Below, piece by piece: positions 19,721-31,606 of a DNA stretch of 32,402 bases. The stretch is from Octopus bimaculoides (taxonomy: Eukaryota), in assembly GCF_001194135.2 (NCBI RefSeq), contig NC_068987.1:96377200-96409601 (forward strand), given 5' to 3'. The position numbers and the translations under genes were made by a program. Below the pieces are notes generated by a model. That model ran no database searches, was not told the origin of the DNA, and saw nothing but the letters and a program-made list of their open reading frames with translations. Position 1 is the first letter of the stretch. Every line of letters begins with the position of its first letter.

Positions 19721-20624
19721 TCAGGCAAAACTCCCTCCACTGCTAATTAGATCTCCTGAATAGCTTTATTACTTTATAGAAGAGATGACAAAGAACTAGA
19801 ACATTCATTGGTATGTGGTGCTCAAGATGACCTGACCATCTTGGTGAAATTGAGATTCTGAAAGCAAAATATCTACATTCAGCCCCTCACTTAGTTCCGT
19901 TATCTAATCTTCCTTCCACCAGTTTGTTCTTTATCACTGATCTCACCATCACTTACCAGTTGCTGCATTCTGCTGCTGTAATTAAATGAGGGCAGAAATG
20001 CAAATTTTATCATCTTTTCTGTAATACCAGTTATCTTTCTTACTATCCAGAATATTCTCAGTTGACTTTCATCCTTCATTCTTATATTGTCTCTCTTCCT
20101 TCAGATTTTGCATTGATCACTCCACTCTTCTAAATTATTTCTCTCTCTCCCTTTCCACTGAACCACCTCCTATTGATTGGCCCATGTCACCATACATCTC
20201 TCTCTTTCTTTACTCTCCCATGCATTGTCTTTCTCTCCACTCATACTCTTACAGCCCACCCATCCACACATCACCTCTCTATCTTGCTACTCTTCACCTC
20301 CTTTTTACAGTCAGTCAGCACCTACTCCCAAACTCATATGTATCACTGATTACCCATTCACTGCAGTCACCCCTATATCTTTCCCAATCTTGTTATCTTC
20401 TCTCTCCTACTTACCATCCAACTTATATTTTATCATGGACAACCCCCTCCACTTTAACTCTTGTGCATCATTCAGTATATCTGTACCTCTACCCCATTTC
20501 TTACCATCCCTTGCTCTCAATACTGCCTTGTTATGGGTGTAAACATTGATAAGAAGTGGGTTCAGCATCCTGCCATGGTGGACATCAGTGAAGGAAACGT
20601 GTTGCAGTAAACAATTTAATCTTT

Positions 20625-21230
20625 CATCTTTTACTTATTTCAGTCAATTGTATGCAGCCATGCTGAGGCACTGCCTTGAATAGTTTTAGTCCCACAAATC
20701 AACTCCAATACTTATTTTAAAGTCTGGTACTTATTCTATCAGTGACTTTTGCTAAACTGCTAAGTTACAGAGACATAAACAAACCAACACTAGTTGTCAA
20801 GCAGTGGGAAGTGACAAACTCAAATCTCAAACACACATGCATATACGAGGAGGTGCTGAAAAGTTTCTGGTTTTAAGGGTGTCACAAAAGACCTAGTTGG
20901 AGGTCTAACCTTCTGAGTTCTTTTACAGGGCTTAGAAAAATTGAAGGACTGCTGCAATAATTTTGTGGATCTGAGAGGGGAAATATGCTGAATAAAATCA
21001 TAATTATCTGATACTCTTGCATTTTCTTTTACCCAAAGCCAGGAACTTTACAGCATATGATATTTATATGTCATGTTTCCAGCGGTTTTTGTTGACCAAA
21101 TTCACTCACAAGGCATTAGTCAACCTAGGGCTATAGTAAAAGACACTTGCCTAAGGTGCCACACAGTGGGATTGGACCTGAAAGCAAGTGGCTGCAAAGC
21201 AAGCTTCTTAACCACACAGCCATGCTTCCA
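20625..21230 (-). mobile_element. Family C SINE split by a mariner MITE
   Basis: 3' half at ~20625-20840 and 5' half at ~21080-21230 flank the MITE at 20846-21055. Confidence 0.75.
20846..21055 (+). mobile_element. Mariner-derived MITE (~210 bp), right TIR truncated
   Basis: TA|CGAGGAGGTGCTGAAAAGTTTCTGGTTTT left end and AAAGCCAGGAACTTTACAGCA right end are inverted repeats; homologous to the copy at 21718. Confidence 0.8.
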
Positions 21231-21717
21231 CTCCATGCAATAATTTTCTACAGATTTCAGTGTCAGATACTGGGCCCACTTCCAAAACATTTAAGACATC
21301 AAAGTGGGTTAAAAGCTTTGTTTGGCTGCTTCTGCCCATTTGAAAGCCACACTGATTGGGATTTAGGTGTTTGTTGCTCTTAGGGATCAGTTATTTTTGA
21401 TCTCACTAATCTTTCAAATACATAAAGGTATGAAAAGTGAGACAGGTTTGTGGATAACCACAAATATTTTTCAAAAAATAGGCTGACAGATTAGAATAGA
21501 AAATGTCTGAGTATACTCTCTGTATCTGGAGTTTTTCTCAAGAGATTAGATTGAACAGACACACATTAGTGTTGTACTTCTTCAGGACACTAACATAATC
21601 ATGACTGGCTGATTAGTGTTTATTTATTTATTTTTTTGTTGCTATGACATCTGGTGTTATGACCTGGTCCAGTAATTTGATACCTCTGTAGATATTAAAC
21701 ACACACACACACACACA

Positions 21718-22214
21718 CGAGGGGGTGCTGAAAAGTTCTTGGATTTAAGTGTATCATGAAAGATCTGGTTGGCGGCCCAACATTCCAAGTTCTTTTACAA
21801 GGCTTACAAAAACTGAAGGACCACTGCAATAAGTGTGTGAACCTGAGAGNNNNNNNNNNNNNNNNNNNNNNNNNNNNNNNNNNNNNNNNNNNNNNNNNNN
21901 NNNNNNNNNNNNNNNNNNNNNNNNNNNNNNNNNNNNNNNNNNNNNNNNNNNNNNNNNNNNNNNNNNNNNNNNNNNNNNNNNNNNNNNNNNNNNNNNNNNN
22001 NNNNNNNNNNNNNNNNNNNNNNNNNNNNNNNNNNNNNNNNNNNNNNNNNNNNNNNNNNNNNNNNNNNNNNNNNNNNNNNNNNNNNNNNNNNNNNNNNNNN
22101 NNNNNNNNNNNNNNNNNNNNNNNNNNNNNNNNNNNNNNNNNNNNNNNNNNNNNACTGATCCTCCTGTATTTTCTTATACCCAAAGCCAGGAACTTTTCAC
22201 ACACCCACTTTGCA
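21718..22214 (+). mobile_element. Second copy of the mariner-derived MITE, spanning an assembly gap
   Basis: CGAGGGGGTGCTGAAAAGTTCTTGG ... AAAGCCAGGAACTTTTCAC; residual coding LQGLQKLKDHCNKCVNLR resembles mariner transposase C-termini (..KC...GEYVE). Confidence 0.8.
21850..22153. other. Assembly gap (N run)
   Basis: Directly visible. Confidence 1.
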
Positions 22215-22223
22215 TACATACAT

Positions 22224-22263
<40 letters not shown>

Positions 22264-22538
22264 ACACACATGAGTGTGTGTGTATCTGTGTTTGTTTACG
22301 TTTACACTTTGAAATTTCTGAGCTACAAACAGTGACATTGTTGTCATTTCTACTGTCAACAGATCATCCACTGGCTTTGCACCTTTGAAGATGTATTAAG
22401 AGATTCCTTACTTGAAAACAGATAAACATTAGTGACAAGTGCATATGGGTGTAAAACAATGCCTCAATAATAATATATGTCACACTCATGCTAGCATGGA
22501 AAAACAGATATAAAAAAAAATGAATAATATATATCCAC

Positions 22539-22874
22539 NNNNNNNNNNNNNNNNNNNNNNNNNNNNNNNNNNNNNNNNNNNNNNNNNNNNNNNNNNNNNN
22601 NNNNNNNNNNNNNNNNNNNNNNNNNNNNNNNNNNNNNNNNNNNNNNNNNNNNNNNNNNNNNNNNNNNNNNNNNNNNNNNNNNNNNNNNNNNNNNNNNNNN
22701 NNNNNNNNNNNNNNNNNNNNNNNNNNNNNNNNNNNNNNNNNNNNNNNNNNNNNNNNNNNNNNNNNNNNNNNNNNNNNNNNNNNNNNNNNNNNNNNNNNNN
22801 NNNNNNNNNNNNNNNNNNNNNNNNNNNNNNNNNNNNNNNNNNNNNNNNNNNNNNNNNNNNNNNNNNNNNNNNNN
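22539..22874. other. Assembly gap (N run)
   Basis: Directly visible. Confidence 1.
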
Positions 22875-23119
22875 GTATACATGACAGTTACTTTGTTGAA
22901 GGTTGTATATACGCACATATATACATATGCATATACACATATGTAAACACACACACATATGTGTGTGTGCGTTTGCCCCTCTCACCATCGTCTAACGGTG
23001 AATTGATACAACGTCTTAGATACATATATGTACATATATAACCTTTATATATATATATATATATATATAAGATCAGTTAAAATTTAAGAAATCTATATTT
23101 TTAGTTACTATTATTGTTT

Positions 23120-23270
23120 GGAAGGTGGCTGATTGTCAGAGTCATTAGAGTGTCAGACAAACGCCTTGTAGTTACTGTTCTAGCTTTTTGCATTCTGAAT
23201 TCAAATCACACCAACATCAACTTAGGTTTTCATTCCCCTGGGGTTGATAAATAAAGTAACAGTCAAGTAG
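23120..23270 (+). mobile_element. Degenerate family B SINE (plus orientation)
   Basis: AAGGTGGCTGATTGTCAGAGTCATTAG...TCTGAATTCAAATC...TTTCATTCCCCTGGGGTTGATAAATAAAGTA. Confidence 0.7.
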
Positions 23271-23599
23271 GCATCAGAAGAAAAATGAGAAAAAGACTAG
23301 CCTGAAAACAATTGGCCCTGGACATTCCGGGAAGATTTCAAATAAACAGCTGTGTAGCTTACTCTGCCATAGAAAAGCTAACAATGCAAAATCTACTGTT
23401 ATCTATAATATCACTCCAAGTGAAACTCAAGGAGAATGAATTTCACTAGTCTCTTTCCATTTCACTGGGTCTTTTGTTCTATCTTGCTGGTAATCATTCT
23501 ATCTCATTAATTCTCACTCTGTTTTATTAGTTCTTGTTTTATCCTACTAATATACCCAGCTATATTCTATTATCACCCTTTTCCTCATCATTATTTAAC

Positions 23600-23980
23600 A
23601 TCTTCTTTTCCATACTTGTATGGGTCAGACAAAATTTGTTGAGGGCAGATGCTGTTCATATCACCAACCATTACCAGTTTCCAAGCAATGTAATATTTTT
23701 CCAAAGCTAGACATGTTTTTCATTGGATTAGTTGAAACAAACAATCTCATTTGCAGGAAAATAATGCTCATTTACAACCATTGCATAATGTCTAGACAAG
23801 GATACACACACACTCATACATGTATATGACAGGTTCTTTCAGTTTCCATCTACCAAATCCACTCATAAGGCTGTGGTCAGTCTGGAGCTATAGCAGAAGA
23901 CACTTACCCAAGATGCCATGCAGTGGGACTGAACCCATGGTCGGGATGCAAGCTTATTAATCATACAGCCACACCTGTGC
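23600..23980 (-). mobile_element. Family A-related tail followed by the 5' half of a family C SINE
   Basis: CATTATTTAACATCTTCTTTTCCATACTTGTATGGG tail; TTCAGTTTCCATCTACCAAATCCACTCATAAGG...GCAGTGGGACTGAACC head. Confidence 0.7.
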
Positions 23981-24313
23981 CTTTAAAACTATTTCACTAT
24001 TTCCTCTCTTGCATTTCTAGTGCTAAGATTTCAACATACTGTGCTCTGATTTGGTTTTGATATATAGATAGGGGGTTCAACATCACCAATGGCTTTAATG
24101 TCTTTCACAAAGATAGTTAAGATAACCTCTTGTTTCCTCTCCTGATACAGATTTGCAGTGTCATTCATATGTAAGAAAATCATTGTTTACTTATAACTGT
24201 GTCAGTAGCAGTTGAGTGGTGAAGGTGTTCAATTAGTGATTATAGAGTAAATGGTTAAGTTCTGATGCTGTGTTACACTTTTAAGTCTTAGACATGACTC
24301 AACTTTCCTGACC

Positions 24314-24763
24314 TTTATTACCTCCGCTTTAGCAAAGGCAGATGTATTGTTTTCAGTCATGTTTGTTTGTTCGTGGACAAAATATCTCAAGAACTGCTGG
24401 ATGGATTCGAATGAAACTTTCAGGGACATTTGGCCTCATAACTGGCACAGTCTCATTAGATTTTGGGATTGATCCAGTACCAACAAGGATTCTGGATTAT
24501 TTTCACTTTACATGTATATATATAAAGTTTCACAGTTCTCTTGTACATGCACACACATTTTCAGTGTTGAACATTACCATTCCATTTCCATTGTACACAC
24601 ACACATACATACAAACATACCTCTCTTTTACACATACTTCAAATGCTGTTTATTGGCTTTTTCATTCCTTCCTTTGTTATTCATCTATCACCCCTTCCTT
24701 TCTCATTCATATGATGCTCTCTTTGCCATTTATCTCCTCTACCTTCACCTCTCACTCTGGCTC

Positions 24764-24804
<41 letters not shown>

Positions 24805-25070
24805 AACAAATATAGGAGATTATACATACATTTTAACGCTTTACAGTATACTTACATATATACATAATTCTATACATCAATCTAAAACAACTGGATTACT
24901 AAAGGAAGACTGGAATTAAAGAGAAGAGAAAACCACAATGTCTTATGATATTATTCATTGAAGGATTTTATTTCAGATATTCTTACTTTAAAAATCATCT
25001 CCAGTTAATGGTTGAGAGGACGTTGGTGTTGCATTGGCGGAGGTTTGCACTCTCAGACTGCTTTTGTTTT
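24314..25070 (+). mobile_element. Helentron-associated (DINE-1/HINE-like) non-autonomous element
   Basis: 5' TTATTACCTCCGC with nearby imperfect inverted partner GCAGATGTA, (GTTT)n tract, ATATCTCAAGAACT...GGATGGATT core; 3' GGCGGAGGT (25036-25044, complementary to ACCTCCGC) followed by imperfect hairpin GCACTCTCAGACTGC and a T run. Confidence 0.65.
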
Positions 25071-25159
25071 TACAATTTTCTTTCCCCCTTTTTCTTTATT
25101 TAATTACTTTCATTAGAAAACATTTCAAATGAAGGCTACTGTCTGAAATGCTGAATGTC

Positions 25160-25460
25160 TCTTCTTCGTTATCATTTGATGTTTGTTTTCCATGCTAGCA
25201 TGGGTTGGACAATTTGACAGGAGCTGGTAAGGCCAGGAGCCACACTAGGCCCCATAGTTTAGTTTGGTTTCTACACCTGGATGCCCTTCCTATTATTTTT
25301 TTTTACTTTTAAACTGATTATACTCACTAATTGGTGGTGAGTTGACAAAGTCATTAAAGTGGTGTGTGTTAGTTTTAGCTGCACTCTGAGTCCAAATGCC
25401 ATGGCAGTCACCTTTGCCTTTCACCTAGGGATTGATAAATTAATTACCAGTCCATTACTG
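25160..25460. mobile_element. Family A tail (minus, 25160-25290) and degenerate family B SINE (plus, 25330-25460)
   Basis: TTTTCCATGCTAGCATGGGTTGGACAATTTGACAGG...GGATGCCCTTCC; GGTGGTGAGTTGACAAAGTCATTA...CTTTGCCTTTCACC. Confidence 0.7.
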
Positions 25461-26942
25461 GGACTGATTCTTCTTCTTCTATGACTTTTTCTCTCTCTCT
25501 TGAATAAATTGACTACATCTACACCTGGAGAAGGATAGGATAGGATTCACTAGGTTTAAAAAGCAAAGACATACTAATTGTCACAATGGTGCCCCTACAA
25601 CTCCATCAGTAGTTGAAGGCCTAACAATTCACGAGTTAGTAATGCAGACCATTACTTGTTTACTTGGATCTTCATTTACCCTACAACTGTTGAACTTTAA
25701 CCTCAGATCTTCCTCCACTTTTATCACACCTTACCTTCTGTCTTGGCCACGTGTTGGATGTCACTCCCACTTTGACCACTTCCATCAGATATCCTATCTA
25801 CTTGATATAACCTGATATCTTAATCACAATTATCTTTTACCATCAGATCAGATTTTTACTTATTGTCTGCCATATTAATCATTTGCACTGCTAAAAATAG
25901 CAGCCAAATCTCCCTCAGTGTCCTACTGCTTTGAAAAAGGAAAGAAAGCATTAGATAATGTAGTCATAGATATTCCTAAAAAGATTAGTTGTTCATTGTC
26001 GGAATGGGATACCTCCGATCATGTCTGACCTGTGGTTAAACAATAACACAAATTTCTCCATGGTACTTTATGAAAGTAAAAGTAAGCTGTACAGTCATAG
26101 GTCAAAATAGCATGGCTATGAGGAATGTGTACTTTTGTTGATAAGATGTGAATTGTTAAGTCTATCAATTGACCAAATTCTTTCAGCATCATATATTAAA
26201 CCGAATTCCTTCCTGGCCATATATTATACAATATGGAGACCAGCCTTGATTTTGAATGAGGCATTAACAATTAATAGGTTTTTTTAATATATCAAAGAGT
26301 AAGTGATACATCTAATTTGCAGGCAAGATATTGATCTAAAGAAGGACAGATTAAAGGTGAAACTTACAGAGATCACAGAACTCAGTCAGATGTAAAGACA
26401 AGTCATAAAGACATAGACCTCAGTTAGTTTGATGTAAGGGCAGGTCATAAGCCACCTTAACATACATAATCAAACAAACATGGATCAAGGAAAAGGACAC
26501 ACAATAAATGTATTCCTAGATATAATAGCAAAAAATAAAAATATGGAATAATCATTGCTGAAATGCTTTAGCTCATATGCCTTCTTCATCATCATTTGGT
26601 GTACTGTAGCCATCAAGAGTTGTTGACATTTTACATTTGCAAGATTTAGGCGAATAATCATGGGGCATTTAACATGAAATTAAATGTCTTGACCAAGGAC
26701 ACAATATGCAGTACAGTTCAGGAACCATGAATGTGAGTGAGTCCAGGATTGTCCAGCCTTTTGACCACATTCTTTTCTCAAAGCAGCCAACAAGAGAAAG
26801 AGATTAAACAATAAAATAATAAAATAGCAAGGCAGTTCAAAGACAATTAAAAAGACAAGTCATAAATAATGAGTTTGGATTACTTTTTTTTTTTAAATAT
26901 TCATCCTTATTGTTATTTATTTATTCATTTCATCAACATAAT

Positions 26943-27327
26943 NNNNNNNNNNNNNNNNNNNNNNNNNNNNNNNNNNNNNNNNNNNNNNNNNNNNNNNNNN
27001 NNNNNNNNNNNNNNNNNNNNNNNNNNNNNNNNNNNNNNNNNNNNNNNNNNNNNNNNNNNNNNNNNNNNNNNNNNNNNNNNNNNNNNNNNNNNNNNNNNNN
27101 NNNNNNNNNNNNNNNNNNNNNNNNNNNNNNNNNNNNNNNNNNNNNNNNNNNNNNNNNNNNNNNNNNNNNNNNNNNNNNNNNNNNNNNNNNNNNNNNNNNN
27201 NNNNNNNNNNNNNNNNNNNNNNNNNNNNNNNNNNNNNNNNNNNNNNNNNNNNNNNNNNNNNNNNNNNNNNNNNNNNNNNNNNNNNNNNNNNNNNNNNNNN
27301 NNNNNNNNNNNNNNNNNNNNNNNNNNG
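26943..27327. other. Assembly gap (N run)
   Basis: Directly visible. Confidence 1.
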
Positions 27328-28859
27328 GGTTAAGAATAAAAATCCTATCTCATGTTTATACAATATGGTTCCTTTCTTTCTTGCTTTGCTTGCTTGCTTG
27401 CTTTTTATTGTTATCATTAAAGGGTCTTCTCTCATTTTACATCCCATTACACACGTTGATGGTCATGTTACGATATATCATAAAACAAACAAGTATACAA
27501 TGTGTATACAAACTGAGTAAAAAAAAAGAAAAAAAAAACGAAACAGGAACACCCAGCTAAAAAACAAACTGGTTTCTGGAGAAGACTAAACATGCAAACT
27601 GTAAGATGGTGGTGGTGGTAGTTATGGTACTGATAGGTCGGTGATATTTTTGTGGCGGTTGTTGTTGTTGAGCTCCCTGCTATCCTTGATCAAAGGTGTT
27701 CCAGTCTTAACCATTCCATCTATATTTGTATATCACCAGTTACAATGTCCAGTGTATTTAAGATGGAAGTGGTTTATAGTAGAGTTAAGGGACAGTTGCA
27801 ATTTTTTTCCTCCACTCTTATCTAGACACCCTAATCATATCAAGGAATGTATGAGTAAGCCCATGGGTCCAATTTCATTGCAACCCTTCCTCTAGCCATT
27901 CCCCATCAAGACACACAAATCCACTCAAGTGAAGACAGGCATGACAAGGCTATGGACACTGCTCTTTCCTTTTCAAACCAACTTATTGCTCTAACCTTAG
28001 CCATGCCACTGCTTCTTTGACTGGGTAGAGAGTCTGAGAGAAAGCCAAGATGGGCTCTACATATTCATTCTAGTGTAAATGACCTCATCAAGCCATTTAG
28101 TAGAATGTAATGAAATTTGTGGGTACTGTCCCTCCTTTCTCATACTGCATTGATCTCAACCAACTCCTCAGATTAAATAATAGCAGTCTGAAGGAAGGGT
28201 TCAATAAGACAATGGGTTCTGCCTTTTCCTTCTCGCCCAGTTATTACAAGCCATGTTGTCCATCACCATCAGCAACACCACTGTCCTTTGACCATCAAAT
28301 AAATATTAAAAAGGATTTAGGGTTGTAAATGAGACAGATATAGTATCATTGTTGCTGTGGCTTTGATGTGGTTAATTCTTAAGAACTCAAACATATAGAA
28401 AAAATATACAAAACTCAAAACAAACTGGAAAAAAAAAACAAACACAGAAGCATAGAAAAATAGAGCTAAAGCATAGACAGGACTAAGCTGAAAGTCTACA
28501 CACATTGTTTTATAGTTGAAAGTTGACCTCTTTCAAAAAAAAATCACAAGAGTCTTTAGAGCTGAGCTGGGGAAGGGTTGAGTCCGGTTTCCGGAGCATT
28601 AAACAAATGAGACACAAATCTTCTTATGGATAGAATGTTAGTCTATTGCAGGTAATTTCTCCCAAGAGTCTGATAATACATTCTTTCATAGCTAAGCAGA
28701 CTAAAGCATCCAACACATAGATACATTGGAATAAATGCCTGCAGTGGTTATGAACTTGCAGTCCAGGAGGTGGTAACCTGATAGTTTACCTCCTCAGCCA
28801 TTTTTGCCTCTTTACATACATTAAAGTGGGTAAAATTGTCAATTGAAATAATAGAAGGT

Positions 28860-29110
28860 CAAACTTTAGCTGACCGAAGGCCAAACTTATGCCTGTAGAA
28901 AGTCAAAGCTCAGCTTGGAGAAAGTCAGTCTGCAGAAGCTCAAACATCAGCCTGCAGAAGTTCAAGCCATAGCCTTCAAGAGATCACACCTCAGTCTGTG
29001 GAAGGCCAAGGCTTAGCCTACAGAAGAGCAACCAAAAATTGCAGCAGAAGTTAAAACCTAATCTGGAAAAAATTCAACCAAAGCTGCAGAAGTTAAGAGA
29101 GGATAAAAGT
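28860..29110 (+). repeat. Degenerate ~21-22-nt minisatellite
   Basis: Recurrent CAGTCTGCAGAAGCTCAA, CAGCCTGCAGAAGTTCAA, CAGTCTGTGGAAGGCCAA, TAGCCTACAGAAGAGCAA, AAGCTGCAGAAGTTAA. Confidence 0.7.
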
Positions 29111-29689
29111 CAGGTCAAACCATAATAACAAAAGGATTTTCCCCCACCAATTTAGTGGTCATACAGATTTCCATAAGTTTTGTTCTCTCTCTCTCTCTTT
29201 GCATATGTATGTGTGTGTGTGTGTGTGTGTGTATCAGGCTTTCTCTTCCACAATCAATCACCAACATATACTTAATTATGCTTAGACTCTTTTAAACACT
29301 GAGTCATTCAGATATGTACATACAATATCACCTTCAATTAAACATACATACACACACTATTACTCTCTGTCTCTTCTGCAATCATACCTACTCTCTCTCT
29401 CTCTCTCTCTCCCACACACACACAACTCTACCGTTTCAAAATCCCATATGTTTTATCATATATCTATCCATTTTCCTCCCTTCCTCTCACACATACAGTA
29501 TAGCTACTAATGCACATTGATGCAGTTGCCAACTGTGGTGGTAGCAAGTGTGTTTATGTGAATGTGTGAGACAGGCTGAAGAAGTGGAAGATGTTAAGTT
29601 GGGTAAAACAATTATGTGAATGTGCTTTGATGTATGTAAACATTTGAGTGTTTGTGTGTGAATGGGTAAATGAATGTGTGTATATGTAT

Positions 29690-30675
29690 AACTGGATCAT
29701 TGATAGGGGAGGAGAGATGGAGAAAGTGTCAATGATGTCACTGTAAGAATCAACCAGAGTACATTACTGGTACTTCTTGGACTGGTACTGGTGAATTTGA
29801 ACTTAAAACTCAATAAAACTATTAAAACATTTTCACCTAACATTTGACTATTTCAGCCAATTCACTGCTAGCATATAAATGATGATGATGATGATGATAA
29901 TAATAATAATAACTGTTTCTAACATGGGAGGAGGAGGAGGGAAACAATTGATTATACTGGCTCCATTACTTGACTCTGGAAAGGCAAAAGTTGATCTGAC
30001 AAGGTTTGAATTCAAGAATGAAAATGGCTCTCACTAAATACTACAAGACTATAATGATTCCATCAATCCACTATTCTGAGTAGAAGTAGTAGTAATAGTA
30101 GTAGTTGCCCTTTGTTGTATAGGTAAATGACTAGAAATTTTAGTGGAGGGGCTAGTCAATTACATCGACCCCCAGAACTTAACTGGTACTTATTTCATCA
30201 GCCCTGAAAGGATGAAAGGCAAAGTTGACCTTGGTGGAATAATAATAATAATGATAATAATAATAATAATGCTTTCTATTATAGTCACAAGGCCTGAAAT
30301 TTAGGGGTAGGGGCTTGTTGATTACATCGACCCCAGTGCTTGAATGGGAATTATTTTATTGACCTCGAAAGAATGAAAGGCAAAGTTGACCTCAGTGACA
30401 CTTGAACTCAGAATGTAAAGAGCAAGAAGAAATGCTGATAAATACTTTGTCTGATACACTAACTGTTCTTCCAGCTTGGATTTTTAATTTAGATGTAAGG
30501 CCATCAATTTTGCAGGGAGGGAAGTTAGTTGATATTGCTGATTTTAGTAAATGACTAATAATTGACTTTATCAACTCCAAAAGGATGAAAGGTAAAGGTG
30601 ACCTCAGCAGGATTTGAACTCAACATAAAGAGCCAGAATATTTTTTTTATGACACTCTAACAATTCTACCAATCT
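29690..30675 (-). mobile_element. Cluster of about five co-oriented family B SINE copies or fragments separated by (GAT)n/(AAT)n/(AGT)n tracts
   Basis: Copies at about 29690-29875, 29905-30075, 30125-30240, 30270-30475 and 30480-30670, recognisable by GAAAGGCAAAGTTGACC and/or TTTGAACT motifs. Confidence 0.8.
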
Positions 30676-31054
30676 AAATCCATATTTGTGATGGTTGTTG
30701 TATGGCATGGGCAGCGACATGCTGTGATAGTGATAGCAATGGTCTTCTAAAGTGGCTGTTATTCAGTCAGTGCGGAGGTGACTTATACTGACCTTACCTC
30801 TCACTGCCTACCATTTCTTCAAGGTTCTTCACATTTTAACATTATATTACATATCAGCTTTGGTGGTAAGCATAATAATGACTGCCTGTCTAATATCAAC
30901 ACACATACACACAAATTTCTAAGTTCAGCATGTAAGGATAGCCTCATACATTGAGGCTTACATAAATAGTAACATAAGACCCTCACAGAAATGGGCTTAC
31001 ATGCATACACAAACACTATGTGTGTGTGTGTGTGTACTTATATATATATATATC

Positions 31055-31230
31055 CAAATTTAGGAAATGGAGTAGGTAAAATCCAGGCTATATATGTTTC
31101 CTAGCTAGCAGAACCAAAAATCTTTGACTTGATGAGTAGCTAGCTAAGTACCCTTTGTTGAATAATTACTACTTTCAAGGTTCTGCTATCCAGGAAACCT
31201 GGATTTTACCTACTTTATTCCCTAAATTTG
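31055..31230. mobile_element. Foldback MITE-like element with 52-bp inverted arms
   Basis: Left arm 31055-31115 CAAATTTAGGAAATGGAGTAGGTAAAATCCAGG[CTATATATG]TTTCCTAGCTAGCAGAACC; reverse complement of right arm 31179-31230 CAAATTTAGGGAATAAAGTAGGTAAAATCCAGGTTTCCTGGATAGCAGAACC; 63-nt spacer; TA follows the right end. Confidence 0.8.
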
Positions 31231-31317
31231 TATTTTTATTTGCATACACAGCAACTCCAGTTGCTAACTGTGAACTACAAAATAACTTTTTTCAGCTTAT
31301 CAAACATTGATATGGGA

Positions 31318-31606
31318 NNNNNNNNNNNNNNNNNNNNNNNNNNNNNNNNNNNNNNNNNNNNNNNNNNNNNNNNNNNNNNNNNNNNNNNNNNNNNNNNNNN
31401 NNNNNNNNNNNNNNNNNNNNNNNNNNNNNNNNNNNNNNNNNNNNNNNNNNNNNNNNNNNNNNNNNNNNNNNNNNNNNNNNNNNNNNNNNNNNNNNNNNNN
31501 NNNNNNNNNNNNNNNNNNNNNNNNNNNNNNNNNNNNNNNNNNNNNNNNNNNNNNNNNNNNNNNNNNNNNNNNNNNNNNNNNNNNNNNNNNNNNNNNNNNN
31601 NNNNNN
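31318..31606. other. Assembly gap (N run)
   Basis: Directly visible. Confidence 1.

Noticed and set aside
27600-28330. Moderately complex sequence that might be an old LINE or exon
   Set aside because: No convincing motif in any frame by eye; needs a RepeatMasker or tblastx search before any call.
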